Shown: positions 48,901 to 58,891, counted from the stretch's first letter. The stretch: 62,159 nt of DNA from Burkholderiales bacterium (GCA_038106575.1 JAYOED010000006.1:1-62159); one strand, 5' to 3'. Numbers and translations: made by a program. Notes: generated by a model not told the origin, from the letters alone.

Positions 48901-51555
48901 AGCCATGCCCGCGAGCACAACCTGAAAAACGTCAGCGTCGACATTCCGCGAGGACGGTTCACGGTAATTACCGGCGTTTCTGGCAGCGGCAAATCGACGC
49001 TGGCCTTCGACATCGTGTTTGCCGAGGGTCAGCGACGTTACCTGGAATCTTTGAACGCCTACGCGCGGCAATTCGTGCAGGCGGCGGCGCGGCCCGATGT
49101 CGATGCAATTTACGGAATTCCACCCACGGTCGCCATCGAGCAACGTAACAGCCGCGGTGGCCGCCGCAGTACGGTGGCGACACTGACCGAGATCTACCAT
49201 TTCCTGCGCCTGCTCTACGTCAAGCTGGGCACCCAGTATTGCCCCTGCTGCGACGTTGCCATTGAACCACAGAGCATCGACCAGATTGCCGCGCGCATTC
49301 TGAGGGATTACCGCGGCGACCGCATCGGCCTGCTCGCACCTCTGGTGGTCAGCCGCAAGGGTTATTACACCGATCTCGCAAAATGGGCTGCCGGCAAGGG
49401 CTACACCCACCTGCGCGTTGACGGTGATTTCCTGCCGGTCGCATCTTGGCCGCGACTCGCGCGCTTCCGCGAACACAGCATCGACCTCCCGGTCGCCGAT
49501 CTCCGCGTAAAGCCGGAAAACGAAGCTGCCTTGCGTGCCGGACTTGCAACGGCGCTGGAGCACGGCAAAGGCGTAGTGCGCGTGTTGGGCGGACTCGATA
49601 CGCTAGCTGCCGCGATGGCAAAGAAAAATGCCCGGCTGGTACGTTTTACCGAGGCGGAATTTTCAGTGAACCGCGCCTGCCCCTCATGCAACAAAAGCTT
49701 TCCTGAACTTGACCCGCGGCTGTTTTCCTACAACTCCAAGCACGGCTGGTGCCCAACCTGTTTTGGTACCGGGCTGTCGCTGGAAAAAGTCGAATGGGAT
49801 GAAGAACGCGAAAAGACCGGCACCGAGGAGCACGTCCTCGACTCGTGGCTCAACTGGTTGGAAATCGACGAACCCTGTCCTTCATGTCGCGGTAAGCGGC
49901 TTAATACGGTGGCGCTGGCAGTGCGTTACCGCAAACGCTCGATCGCCGAACTGACGGCTTTACCGGTGGCGAAGCTGGCCGCTGAATTTTCCGGGGTCTC
50001 GTTGTACGGCCGCGAGGCAGCCATCGCGCGCGACATCCTTGCCGAACTGCGCAGCCGCCTGCGTTTTCTCGACGAAGTCGGACTCGGTTATCTGGCGCTC
50101 GATCGCGCTGCCCCCACCCTTTCCGGCGGTGAGGCCCAGCGCATCCGGCTGGCGGCGCAACTTGGCTCCAACCTGCGCGGCGTCGCCTACATCCTCGACG
50201 AACCGACGATCGGCCTGCATCCCCGCGATAACCGTATCCTGCTCGACACGCTGGCGAAACTGCAAACACGCGGCAATACCCTGATCGTCGTCGAGCATGA
50301 TGAAGACACGATCCGCCGTGCCGATCACGTGATCGATCTCGGACCCGGGGCCGGACGCCGCGGCGGCGAAGTCGTCGCCGCCGGGAATGCCGCGCCACTG
50401 AAAAGGAATCCGCAATCAGTCACCGGTCGCCTGCTGTCAAAACCACTGCAGCATCCGCTGCAGCCGCCGCGGCACATCGGCGCAGGAACCCCCGCGCTGG
50501 AAATTCGCAGCGCCAGCCTGCACAACCTGCGGCGCGTAAACGCACGCGTGCCACTGGGCCGGCTGACGGTGATCACCGGCGTATCGGGCTCGGGCAAATC
50601 GACGCTTGCGCGCGACGTGCTCCACGCCAACCTTGTACGACTAGTAACCGGAAAAACAAAAAAATCAATTAAAACATCGTTTTGTGATGAAATTTCTGGA
50701 TGGCAAGCCATCGGTCGTGTGCTCGAGGTCGACCAAACGCCGATCGGCAAAACACCGCGGTCCTGCCCCGCCACTTACGTCGGATTCTGGGACAACATCC
50801 GCCGCCTCTATGCCGAAGCCCCGGATGCGCGCATGCGCGGTTACACCGCTAGCCGCTTCTCCTTTAACACCAAGGGCGGCCGCTGCGAAGCCTGCGAAGG
50901 CCAGGGTGTGCAGAAAATCGAGATGAGCTTCCTGCCGGATGTCAAAGTAAATTGCGACGTCTGCAACGGCGCACGTTTCGACGCGGAAACGTTATCCGTG
51001 AAGTTCAAGGACAAATCGATCGGCGAAGTGCTGATGCTGTCGGTCGACGAGGCCGTCGATTTCTTTGCTGCGCACCCGCAAATTCATCACGCGCTGCGCC
51101 TGCTGCAGGACGTCGGCCTCGGCTACCTGACGCTCGGCCAACAGAGTCCAACGCTGTCAGGCGGCGAGGCCCAGCGCATCAAGCTGGTGACCGAACTAGC
51201 CAAGGTGCGGATCAGCAACGGTGACGCCGCAGCGCGACCAGGTCGCGGCAGCTCACATAAACATACGCTCTATATACTTGACGAGCCGACCGTCGGCTTG
51301 CACATGGCCGACGTTGAAAAACTGATCCGCGTGCTGCACAGGCTGGTCGACGCCGGCAATTCGGTGGTAGTCATCGAGCACAACCTTGATGTCATGGCTG
51401 ACGCCGACTGGATCATCGACCTCGGACCCGAAGGCGGCGACGGCGGCGGCCGCGTGGTTGCGGCGGGAACTCCAGTGCAGATCACCTCCAGGTCCGCACA
51501 CTCGCATACCGCTCGCATCCTCGGCGAATTCCTGCGCGAACGTGGCAGCGGTTAG
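45913..51555 (+). CDS. tandem-duplicated UvrA-like ABC ATPase (two UvrA units, four nucleotide-binding domains)
   Basis: About 1880 aa from ATG 45913. Four Walker A motifs (GISGSGKSS and GVSGSGKST three times), four LSGGE(A/V)QR signatures, and Zn-finger Cys pairs in each half. Confidence 0.85.
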   Translation: MDMPEHDNDRIVIRGARQNNLKNLNLDLPLNELVVVTGISGSGKSSLVFDTLYAEGQRRYVETFSPYARQFLDRQDRPQVDSIEGIPPAIAIDQVNPVRTSRSTVGTMTELNDHLKLLFARAAHLHCRGCGAKVVRDSPQTIIASLQSRAREAKDPRLAITFPVSVPANFKAEEVRALLTAQGYTRFLREDKSGFEVVQDRLRLGNAERVRVVEAIEAALKVGQGRVNVHQLADADSNTGSGTVWKYSADLHCAECDIHYTEPNPSLFSFNSPMGACDTCRGFGRVIGLDYGLVIPDESKSLRDGAIKPWQTPSYKECQDDLMNYARKRGIAVDRPWRELSAKEKRWVLDGEPDWINWRKSWPGTWYGVSRFFKWLETKAYKMHVRVLLSKYRAYTECTTCTGARLKAEALLWRIGSADNARGALASRPRHRPQGMNLNEKQLEALPGLTLHDVMLLPLERTKVLFEKLELPAPLDEATDMLVGEIRTRLDYLNQVGLGYLTLDRQSRTLSGGEVQRINLTTALGTSLVNTLFVLDEPSIGLHPRDMGRVIGVMHRLRDAGNSLVVVEHDPQVMLAADRLLDIGPGPGSKGGEIVAFDTPARVTRKLNSITGRYLAGELRADNAVEVKPPAKNGPCIRLRGAAEHNLKRIDVDFPLQRLVCITGVSGSGKSTLVQDVLHAALRKALGKPTEIPGKHDHLYGADQIGDVIMVDQSSIGRTTRSNPASYVGAFDAVRSRFSSTPLAQSRGYTAGTFSFNSGTGRCPTCSGNGFEHVEMQFLSDVFLRCPDCDGRRYRAEVLEITVSGKSIADVLEMTVADALEFFGHAPDVSRALQPLVDVGLDYLKLGQPVPTLSGGEAQRLKLAGFLAAAATGPNAKGTKKTLFLFDEPTTGLHFDDVRKLLGAFRKLLSAGHSLIVIEHNLDVIRASDWIIDLGPEGGDAGGTMLCNGTPEAIAAQENSHTGKALRDYAAALGTPAAPPQALPATVARHGDAISVSHAREHNLKNVSVDIPRGRFTVITGVSGSGKSTLAFDIVFAEGQRRYLESLNAYARQFVQAAARPDVDAIYGIPPTVAIEQRNSRGGRRSTVATLTEIYHFLRLLYVKLGTQYCPCCDVAIEPQSIDQIAARILRDYRGDRIGLLAPLVVSRKGYYTDLAKWAAGKGYTHLRVDGDFLPVASWPRLARFREHSIDLPVADLRVKPENEAALRAGLATALEHGKGVVRVLGGLDTLAAAMAKKNARLVRFTEAEFSVNRACPSCNKSFPELDPRLFSYNSKHGWCPTCFGTGLSLEKVEWDEEREKTGTEEHVLDSWLNWLEIDEPCPSCRGKRLNTVALAVRYRKRSIAELTALPVAKLAAEFSGVSLYGREAAIARDILAELRSRLRFLDEVGLGYLALDRAAPTLSGGEAQRIRLAAQLGSNLRGVAYILDEPTIGLHPRDNRILLDTLAKLQTRGNTLIVVEHDEDTIRRADHVIDLGPGAGRRGGEVVAAGNAAPLKRNPQSVTGRLLSKPLQHPLQPPRHIGAGTPALEIRSASLHNLRRVNARVPLGRLTVITGVSGSGKSTLARDVLHANLVRLVTGKTKKSIKTSFCDEISGWQAIGRVLEVDQTPIGKTPRSCPATYVGFWDNIRRLYAEAPDARMRGYTASRFSFNTKGGRCEACEGQGVQKIEMSFLPDVKVNCDVCNGARFDAETLSVKFKDKSIGEVLMLSVDEAVDFFAAHPQIHHALRLLQDVGLGYLTLGQQSPTLSGGEAQRIKLVTELAKVRISNGDAAARPGRGSSHKHTLYILDEPTVGLHMADVEKLIRVLHRLVDAGNSVVVIEHNLDVMADADWIIDLGPEGGDGGGRVVAAGTPVQITSRSAHSHTARILGEFLRERGSG

Positions 51556-52634
51556 AGCCCGGCAATCACCTCGCGGGTGATGTCGGCGGTGCCGCTGCTG
51601 CCGCCGAATTCGAACGGCATAATCCGCTTTTCCGCATAAGCAAGGTCGATGGCCCGTTCCAGCGCTCGTGCTGCATCACCCAGCCGTTGGTCCGAACGGT
51701 GCGATGCAAGCCAGTCAAGCATCAAGACTACCGACAGCAGCATCGCCGTGGGATTGGCAATGCCCCGCCCCGCGATGTCCGGCGCCGAACCGTGCGCCGG
51801 CTGGAACAACGCGTGTGACTCGCCGATGTCCGCGGACGGCGCCATACCCATGCCGCCGACCAGAGCCGCGCCGAGATCTGAAAGTATGTCGCCAAGCAGG
51901 TTCTCGGTAACCATGACATCGTAGTCCCAGGGCTTCATTACCAGATTGAGGGCCATCGCATCCACGTAGGCGGCATCGACAATGACGTCGGGGAATGCCG
52001 CGGCACGCTCCTCGAAAACCCGGCGAAAATAAGCCATTGAACCCAGCACGTTGGCCTTGTCGACACAGGTGACCCGCCCTGGCCGGCCCCTAGCTTTGCG
52101 CTGTCGGCCCAGTTCCAGCGCGAAATCGGACACGCGCTGCACACCGGCACGGGTAATCACCATGGCATCACGCGCCTCTTCATCGCTCTTCATCGCGGTG
52201 GCGCCGCGCTCTTTGAACAAACCTTCGGTCTGCTCGCGCACCATCACGAAGTCGATACTGGCGGCTCGCGGATCAGCCAGTTTCGAAGGCACCCCCGTCA
52301 GCGGACGGATCGGACGCACACCGGCAAAAAGCCCGAAATGCTCGCGCAGATCCAGCTGCGGCGAGATTTCAGTACCATCGTCGTAGCGGATGTGCGGCAG
52401 GCCCATCGCGCCCAGCAGCATCGCATCGGCCTCTCCCGCAGCCCGGATGGTTTTATCGGACAACGCCGTTCCGGTTTCCTGATAGGCAATCGCCCCGACA
52501 CGGTGATGCTGAGGCACAAATCGCATATCGATCTTGCTACCCAGCGCTTCGAGCACCTTTAATGCGGAATGCGTGACATCGATGCCAATGCCGTCGCCGG
52601 GCAAGGCAGCGATCGTGATGGAATCCATCTTCAT
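51552..52634 (-). CDS. isocitrate/isopropylmalate dehydrogenase family protein (tartrate dehydrogenase-like)
   Basis: 360 aa from ATG 52634 (MKMDSITIAALPGDGIGIDV...). NLLGDILSDLGAALVGGMGMAPSA motif. It is convergent with the UvrA-like gene and overlaps it by 4 nt. Confidence 0.85.
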   Translation of the reverse strand: MKMDSITIAALPGDGIGIDVTHSALKVLEALGSKIDMRFVPQHHRVGAIAYQETGTALSDKTIRAAGEADAMLLGAMGLPHIRYDDGTEISPQLDLREHFGLFAGVRPIRPLTGVPSKLADPRAASIDFVMVREQTEGLFKERGATAMKSDEEARDAMVITRAGVQRVSDFALELGRQRKARGRPGRVTCVDKANVLGSMAYFRRVFEERAAAFPDVIVDAAYVDAMALNLVMKPWDYDVMVTENLLGDILSDLGAALVGGMGMAPSADIGESHALFQPAHGSAPDIAGRGIANPTAMLLSVVLMLDWLASHRSDQRLGDAARALERAIDLAYAEKRIMPFEFGGSSGTADITREVIAGL

Positions 52635-52711
52635 CCTCCCTGCCAGAGGGTCGCCGCGCACAGCAGGTTTGTCAATCCAGGGGGATATATTTCAATACCG
52701 GAATCAAGTTC

Positions 52712-53203
52712 TTGCCGACCGGCTATAATTTTCCCCTCAAACAACAGTGCAGTCATGCTTTATTTATCCAACATCCTCAGCGTATTCGGCCTTTCGCCCT
52801 GGTCGGGCTTTCAGTCTCATGCACAACGCTTGGAAACCCTCCGATTCCGTTGCCACAGGGTCGCTGGGAACTGCTGTCGGCAAATTTCACGCCCGACATC
52901 GGCTGTATACCTGGCGTTCCGCTTGTACCGCTGGAAATCCGCGGTAAACGACTTGCCGCTTTCAGCGGCTGCAACCGCGGCACTTCCGGAATCAACTCCG
53001 TAGATGGGCGAATGGTGATCACTGAACTGGCGGCAACACGCTGCGCCTGCATGGAACCGCTCGGCGGTTTTGAAGAACGCCTGTTAAAGATGCTGCGGGA
53101 TAAGCCATATTTTCGCACTGAAGCTGATGTACTGACACTCGCTGCCGGCGATATCAGCTCCCGCTTACGCCGCCTGCCCGAGCCCCCGGCAAAATCGGTG
53201 TAA
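52712..53203 (+). CDS. META-domain (HslJ-like) protein
   Basis: [11 protein letters not shown]...[12 protein letters not shown]...[24 protein letters not shown] matches the META/DUF306 pattern. N-terminus and start are uncertain. Confidence 0.6.
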   Translation: MPTGYNFPLKQQCSHALFIQHPQRIRPFALVGLSVSCTTLGNPPIPLPQGRWELLSANFTPDIGCIPGVPLVPLEIRGKRLAAFSGCNRGTSGINSVDGRMVITELAATRCACMEPLGGFEERLLKMLRDKPYFRTEADVLTLAAGDISSRLRRLPEPPAKSV

Positions 53204-53205
53204 CT

Positions 53206-53844
53206 ATGAGCGAACAAACTCTGGCCGCGCTGCGCCGCGAATATCATGGACGCCCGTTGAGCAAAACCGATGCCGCAGCCGATCCTTTTGCGCAATTCCA
53301 GCGCTGGTTCGACGAGGCCATACGCGCGGAAGTGCCAATGGCCAACGCGATGACGCTGGCAACCGTCGACGACGGCGGCCGGCCATCGGCACGCGTGGTG
53401 CTGCTAAAAGGCGTCGATCACGGCGGTTTCGTATTTTACACCAGCTATGACAGCCGTAAGGGACGTGAGATTGCCGCCAATCCCCGCGCCGCCCTGGTCT
53501 TTTACTGGCAGGAACTCGAGCGCGAAGTGCGCATTGAGGGTTCTGCCTCAAGAGTGACGGCAATCGAATCAGACACTTATTTCGAGCAGCGCCCATTGGG
53601 CAGCCGCCACGCGGCGATTGCTTCGCCGCAGAGCGAAACCGTTCCCGACCGCACCGCGCTGGAGCAGCGCTACGCCGCAGCCGCACAACTGGGCGACCGT
53701 CCTTCGCGTCCGGCGCACTGGGGCGGCTACCGGATCAGCCCGGATTCACTGGAATTCTGGCAAGGCCGGCCAAACCGGCTGCATGACCGCCTGCTTTACA
53801 CCCGCGACGGAGACCGCTGGACTGTCAGCCGGCTAGCGCCCTGA
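53206..53844 (+). CDS. pdxH: pyridoxamine 5'-phosphate oxidase
   Basis: 212 aa with characteristic PdxH motifs (RVVLLKG...[13 protein letters not shown]...[15 protein letters not shown]). Confidence 0.9.
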   Translation: MSEQTLAALRREYHGRPLSKTDAAADPFAQFQRWFDEAIRAEVPMANAMTLATVDDGGRPSARVVLLKGVDHGGFVFYTSYDSRKGREIAANPRAALVFYWQELEREVRIEGSASRVTAIESDTYFEQRPLGSRHAAIASPQSETVPDRTALEQRYAAAAQLGDRPSRPAHWGGYRISPDSLEFWQGRPNRLHDRLLYTRDGDRWTVSRLAP

Positions 53845-54404
53845 CCGGCTGCGTTCTTCCGTAGCGCAGCTGCCACTCGGCCTCGAGTTCGGCATCGGTC
53901 TTGTAGTGGGGCACGCGGAAAATATAGCGATACCAGTTCTGCAGCCGAAATGGTCGGTCGAGGGTCTCATTTCCCAGCGCCAATCCCCCATCCTGATGTT
54001 TTTCTCCTGATCTATTTCCCAATGCCTGCGTGAACGCGGACCGCCGAACAGGTACAACCTGCTATCCACGATCTTGAAGGTATTGGCGCCGATGTTGGCT
54101 TTCATCGCGTACGGCGCACCACTTGCACAGAACCCGCCATAAGTTGGTACAAACGCTGGGGTGCCGTCTCGAACTGCCGTCGATGTTTTTTGCTGATGAG
54201 GCGTTAGGTCACGCCCGCATGCTGCTACTTGATCCGGAGATCGCCTTGCACCGCCTTGACCATGGTGTCGTAGGCCACGGGATCATTGCCACGCAGCATC
54301 AGGCGGGCATCATCGCCGTCAGCGACTATGTTGATGGTGGAGCATGCGGGCAGCAGAATCAGCGCCGCCAGCGCGATCCAGCAGGACACGGGATTTTCAA
54401 TCAT
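53833..54404 (-). pseudogene. decayed YHS-domain lipoprotein gene
   Basis: Starts at ATG 54404 with a lipoprotein signal (MIENPVSCWIALAALILLPAC). In-frame TAG at 54225-54227 and TAA at 54204-54206, then a 1-nt frameshift near 54150 before PTYGGFCASGAPYAMKANIGANTFKIVDSRLY. Confidence 0.6.
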
Positions 54405-54486
54405 CGCGCAAACCCTTCACCTGCGCATATTACTTCAGGGCAGGCCGGGTATACTGCGTGCCTTTCAGACCCCGACGACCGACCTT

Positions 54487-55392
54487 TTGGGTTACACCCC
54501 ATCCAATAACACCCGGGACACCCTGCTGGCCTGGTATTTCGTATCGGTATGGGGCTCAGGATTTCTGGCCACCAAGATCGGGCTGCAGCACGCCCCACCA
54601 TTCACGTTCCTGACGCTACGTTTCGCTTTCGGCATTCTCTGTCTGGTGCCCATCGTGCTGATCCTGAAGCCGAGATGGCCCGCAAGCCGCAGCGAATTTG
54701 GCCATATCATCGTCGCCGGACTGCTGATGCACGCCATCCACCTCGGCGGCAGCCATTACACCCAGTATCTGGGCATGTCGGCCGGAATTACCGCAGTGCT
54801 GCTGTCGATTCAACCGCTGCTGACCGCGATCATCGCTGAGCGCTGGATGAACGAACGGCTGGGCGCCCGCCAGTGGCTGGGCATTGCACTTGGCCTTGCC
54901 GGTGTCGCCCTGATCGTCTGGCATAAGATCGACATCCACGAGGCCACGCCGGGCTCCCTAATCGCAGTCGGCATTTCGCTGGCCGGCGTTACCGCGGGCA
55001 CCCTCTATCAGCGCACCTGGTGCCCCGCGGTGGATTTGCGCTCGGCTGCGCTGCTGCAGTTTGTCGCAACCATCCTAGTGCTGGCACCGCTGGCGTGGAC
55101 CATCGAAGACACATCCGTTCGCTTTTCGTACTCGCTGGCCGCCGCCATCGTATTCTTAGTCATCGGCGCTTCGATACTTGCCGTCAACTCCCTGCACGTG
55201 CTGATGCGGCGGGGACAGGCAACCCGGGTCACCAGCCTGATCTATCTGACGCCGGTATTCGCGGTAGCACTTGAACTGGTGATGTTCGGCATCGCCCCTA
55301 CGGCCATTTCAATGGCCGGAATAGTCGTCACCTGCACGGGTGTGGCCATGGTGTCTTGGCAGAGCTATCACCAAAAAAAACGGGGCGCCTGA
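54487..55392 (+). CDS. EamA/DMT-family transporter
   Basis: About 300 hydrophobic residues with two EamA repeats. There is no ATG near the expected N-terminus, so TTG 54487 is proposed. The track ORF start at 54286 overlaps the YHS remnant. Confidence 0.7.
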   Translation: MGYTPSNNTRDTLLAWYFVSVWGSGFLATKIGLQHAPPFTFLTLRFAFGILCLVPIVLILKPRWPASRSEFGHIIVAGLLMHAIHLGGSHYTQYLGMSAGITAVLLSIQPLLTAIIAERWMNERLGARQWLGIALGLAGVALIVWHKIDIHEATPGSLIAVGISLAGVTAGTLYQRTWCPAVDLRSAALLQFVATILVLAPLAWTIEDTSVRFSYSLAAAIVFLVIGASILAVNSLHVLMRRGQATRVTSLIYLTPVFAVALELVMFGIAPTAISMAGIVVTCTGVAMVSWQSYHQKKRGA

Positions 55393-55409
55393 CGCCCCGT
55401 TTCCCGTTT
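55373..55409. terminator. bidirectional rho-independent terminator
   Basis: aaaaaaaa-CGGGGCG-cctga-CGCCCCG-tttcccgtttt, between the convergent EamA and SWIB genes. The EamA stop codon lies in the loop. Confidence 0.6.
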
Positions 55410-55423
55410 TCTCATGAAAACGC

Positions 55424-55738
55424 TTACTTGAGGTGTTTGTTGACCAGCTTGGTCATTTCGAACATGGATACCTGCTTCTTGCCGCCAAACACATCGCGGA
55501 GTTTGTCGTCGGCATTGATGTTGCGGCGGTTCTTGCTGTCCTGCAGGCCATGTCGCTTGATGTAGGCCCAGATTTTCTTGGTAACTTCTGTACGCGGCAT
55601 GGGGTTGTTGCCGATCACTGCGCCGAGCGCTGCGCTCGGTTGCATCGCCTTCATGAAAGCGGCATTGGGTTTACGCTTTGCGCCGCTTTTCTTTTTCTTA
55701 GCGGCGGGTTTCTTGCTTGCCTTCTTCTTTGCAGCCAT
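55424..55738 (-). CDS. SWIB/MDM2-domain protein with a lysine-rich N-terminal tail
   Basis: 104 aa: MAAKKKASKKPAAKKKKSGAKRK..., then the SWIB core (PMPRTEVTKKIWAYIKRHGLQD...DDKLRDVFG). Confidence 0.85.
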   Translation of the reverse strand: MAAKKKASKKPAAKKKKSGAKRKPNAAFMKAMQPSAALGAVIGNNPMPRTEVTKKIWAYIKRHGLQDSKNRRNINADDKLRDVFGGKKQVSMFEMTKLVNKHLK

Positions 55739-56133
55739 CGATAGATCTCCCGTTCAGGTCTGACTGGTTTAGGTTCTATTAGTCTGATTTGCCGTGTAAT
55801 GCACGGTGTCTAGAGCATGCCGAGGGAAAATGGCTTTGTCAATGTTTTCCAGAGGGGAAAACCGGTTTTTCCCGATAGTATTCATCCGTCTTAATCATCA
55901 ACGCAACATACCATCTTGAAATCCCGTTTGTATCTGCCCCCGACTCGCCGCACAATAGCAAGACCTGTGCCGAGGGAATCGGCGTCAAGTATGCAAGCAA
56001 GAGCAGAAACAAATCAATGACCTAGTCGGGAAACTTGAATTGTATGTCTGCAATAAATGTCTCTTATGATGCAAATAGTTCATCGTCGCTGCACGGTGAC
56101 ATATTGATGCCGCTGCCGGGGTAAGCCTGCGTC

Positions 56134-57147
56134 ATGGCCAAGCAACTGTCCCTGTTCAAGGTCGAGGCGCGTTCCGGTACGCCTCGCCACGAGGTTGCAA
56201 TCACGGCGGCGGCGGCCGGACAGGAGCTGTACGACCTAGCTCGACAGCTGCCTGCGGGTCTGCGCTTGGGGACTTCGTCCTGGCATTTCCCGGGCTGGAA
56301 GGACATTGTCTGGAGAGAAACAGCCGCTCCCGGAGACCTGTCGCGTTACGGGCTTGCAGCGTACGCACAGCATCCTCTGTTCAGCACGGTGTGTATCGAC
56401 CGGTCGTTTTAAGGACCACTGTCCGCCCGTCAATACGCCACTTATGCGCGTCAGGTGCCTGAAGGTTTTTCCTTCGTTGTCAAGGCACCCAGCCTGCTCA
56501 CCAGCACCTGGCTGCGCGGTGAAGACGGTGGGCGCAGCAGACCCAACACGCAATTCCTCGACGCCGCTTACGCCATCGAGCAGTTCATCAATCCGCTGCG
56601 CGAAGGACTGGACACGACTGCGGATCCGTTGCTGTTCCAGTTCCCCCCATTGGGACGAACGCTGACCCGGTCACCTGAACGTTTCATCGCCCTGTTGCAG
56701 GAATTTCTCGACCGGCTGCCCAAAAATTACCGTTACGCAGTCGAAATGCGTGATGACCGCATCATCACCCGCCGTTTCTTTGCCGTGCTGAAGGAAACCG
56801 GGGTTCGCTACTGCCTCAGCGTGCATCCGCGCATGCCGCCTGTCGCTGCCCAGGCCGCGGCGATGTCCGGCTTTGGACCCGGGCCGCTGCTGGTGCGCTG
56901 GAATCTGCACTCGGGGTACAGCCATGAAGAGGCACAGCAGCGCTTCACCCCTTTTGACAAGCTGGTCGATGAAGACGTTGCAACGCGGGAATCCATCGCC
57001 TGGCTGTGCCTGTCTACATTAGCGACGGGCCAGGAATGCATTGTTATCACCAACAACAAGGCCGAGGGCTCGGCGCCTCTAACCCTGATCAAGCTGGCGA
57101 AAGCAGTAGTGTCCGCGGCGCGCCAGCGCGCGCGATCTGCCGGATAG
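56134..57147 (+). pseudogene. DUF72-family gene interrupted by an in-frame TAA (56410-56412)
   Basis: ORFs 56134..56412 and 56455..57147 share one frame. Reading through gives ...LGTSSWHFPGWKDIVW...TVCIDRSF-*-GPLSARQY...VPEGFSFVVKAP. The stop falls where DUF72 proteins have the Tyr of an F-Y-x-x-P motif. Confidence 0.6.
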
Positions 57148-57180
57148 GAGGCAGGGCGCCATCGCTTTCGGATGTAAAAG

Positions 57181-57744
57181 TTATTTCTTCAACCAGTCGG
57201 CGAACTTCTTGCGGAATTTCTCGACCTTGGGCGATACGACGTACTGGCAGTAAGGCTGGCGCGGATTATTCTCGAAATACTCCTGGTGATATGCCTCGGC
57301 CTCGTAAAACTGTACTGCAGGGGAAATTTCAGTAACGATCGGGTGCGCGTAGGCCTTTTCCGCAGTCAGCCGCTGCAAGGCCTTTTCGGCAGACACCTGC
57401 TGCGCCGAAGAATGGTAATAAATCACCGAACGATACTGGGTTCCGACATCGTTGCCCTGCATGTTTAGCGTGGTCGGGTCATGTATCGAAAAGAACACTT
57501 CGAGCAGGTCATCGTAGCGGATGACTGAAGGATCAAACGCTACTTGCACCACTTCGGCATGACCTGTATCACCGCCGCAGATGTCCTGATACGTAGGATT
57601 CAGTGTCTCCCCCCCGGTGTAACCGGATTCGACGGATATCACCCCGTGAAGGCGGTCGAACACGGCTTCCAGGCACCAAAAGCAGCCGCCCCCGAGAGTG
57701 GCGACTTCACGGGTACCGGTATTTTCCACCGCAACGGTCATCAC
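57181..57744 (-). CDS. msrA: peptide-methionine (S)-S-oxide reductase
   Basis: 187 aa, with the GGGCFWC active site and GYTGG...GHAEVVQV motifs. Confidence 0.9.
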   Translation of the reverse strand: MMTVAVENTGTREVATLGGGCFWCLEAVFDRLHGVISVESGYTGGETLNPTYQDICGGDTGHAEVVQVAFDPSVIRYDDLLEVFFSIHDPTTLNMQGNDVGTQYRSVIYYHSSAQQVSAEKALQRLTAEKAYAHPIVTEISPAVQFYEAEAYHQEYFENNPRQPYCQYVVSPKVEKFRKKFADWLKK

Positions 57745-57803
57745 ATGCTCCTGTCAGAAGTTGCTCAGCGCAGGTTGGCGCGGCACGTACCAATTCCTGA
57801 CAT

Positions 57804-58802
57804 TCAGCTACCGTTGCCGTAGTAGCCCGTCACGCGCTGCACCTCGTTGCGGGAGCCGAGAATGACGCCGACGCGCTGGTGTAGTTTGGTGGGCTGCACC
57901 TCCAGTATGCGCTGTCGTCCATTGGTCGCCGCACCTCCTGCCTGCTCGACGATGAAAGACATCGGATTGGCCTCGTAGAGCAAGCGCAGGCGGCCTTCCT
58001 TATATTTAGCATCCTGCGGATACATGAAAATGCCGCCGCGGGACAGTATCCGGTAGACATCGGCAACCATAGACGCCACCCAACGCATATTGTAATCCTT
58101 GCCCAGCGGACCATTTTTTCCGGCCAGGCATTCATCAATGTAACGCGTGACCGGCGCGTCCCAGTTGCGCCGGTTCGACATATTGATCGCAAATTCAGCA
58201 GTGTCGGCCGGTATTTCTATTTTCGGCTGCGTCAGTACCCAGCTGCCAAGTTCGCGATCGAGCGTGAATCCGGCAACGCCATTGCCCACGGTCAGCACCA
58301 GAACCGAGGAAGGTCCATAAACCGCGAATCCTGCCGCCACCTGCCGTGCACCCGGCTGCAAAAAGGCCTGCTCGTCGGGTTTGCATCCCTCCGGACAGCG
58401 TAGAACGGAAAAAATGGTGCCAATCGACACATTGACGTCGATATTGGACGAACCGTCGAGGGGATCTATCAGCAGCAGAAACTCGCCTTTCGGGTAGCGA
58501 TTGGGAATCTGGTGCGGGTGCTCCATTTCTTCCGAGGCCAATGCCGCCAGATGTCCGCCCCACTCGTTGGCTTCCAGCAGCACCTCATTAGAAATGACAT
58601 CGAGCTTCTTTTGCGCCTCGCCCTGCACGTTGTCGGTGCCAGCACCACCGAGTATGCCGCTCAGTGCGCCCTTGCTGACAGCATTGCCGATCGACTTGCA
58701 GGCTCGCGCCACGACTTCAACCAGCAAGCGAAGATCGGCCGATACGACGCCTTTTTCCCGTTGTTGTTCGACCAGATACTGCGTGAGTGTAATGCGCCGC
58801 AT
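57804..58802 (-). CDS. fbp: class 1 fructose-1,6-bisphosphatase
   Basis: 332 aa, with [23 protein letters not shown] and GGIFMYP motifs. Confidence 0.9.
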   Translation of the reverse strand: MRRITLTQYLVEQQREKGVVSADLRLLVEVVARACKSIGNAVSKGALSGILGGAGTDNVQGEAQKKLDVISNEVLLEANEWGGHLAALASEEMEHPHQIPNRYPKGEFLLLIDPLDGSSNIDVNVSIGTIFSVLRCPEGCKPDEQAFLQPGARQVAAGFAVYGPSSVLVLTVGNGVAGFTLDRELGSWVLTQPKIEIPADTAEFAINMSNRRNWDAPVTRYIDECLAGKNGPLGKDYNMRWVASMVADVYRILSRGGIFMYPQDAKYKEGRLRLLYEANPMSFIVEQAGGAATNGRQRILEVQPTKLHQRVGVILGSRNEVQRVTGYYGNGS

Positions 58803-58891
58803 GCTTTCTCCACTAATGAACGAAGCCCGGTAAGCCGGGTCTATGAGTCGGAATTATCCGATATACTGGTTTCAACCGGGAGAGCCGATCA

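Noticed and set aside
55823-55872. Two GGAAAA/TTTTCC inverted repeats upstream of the SWIB gene.
   Set aside because: They are short AT-rich palindromes with no flanking T-run and no match to a binding-site consensus that I know. They are mentioned under the SWIB finding only.
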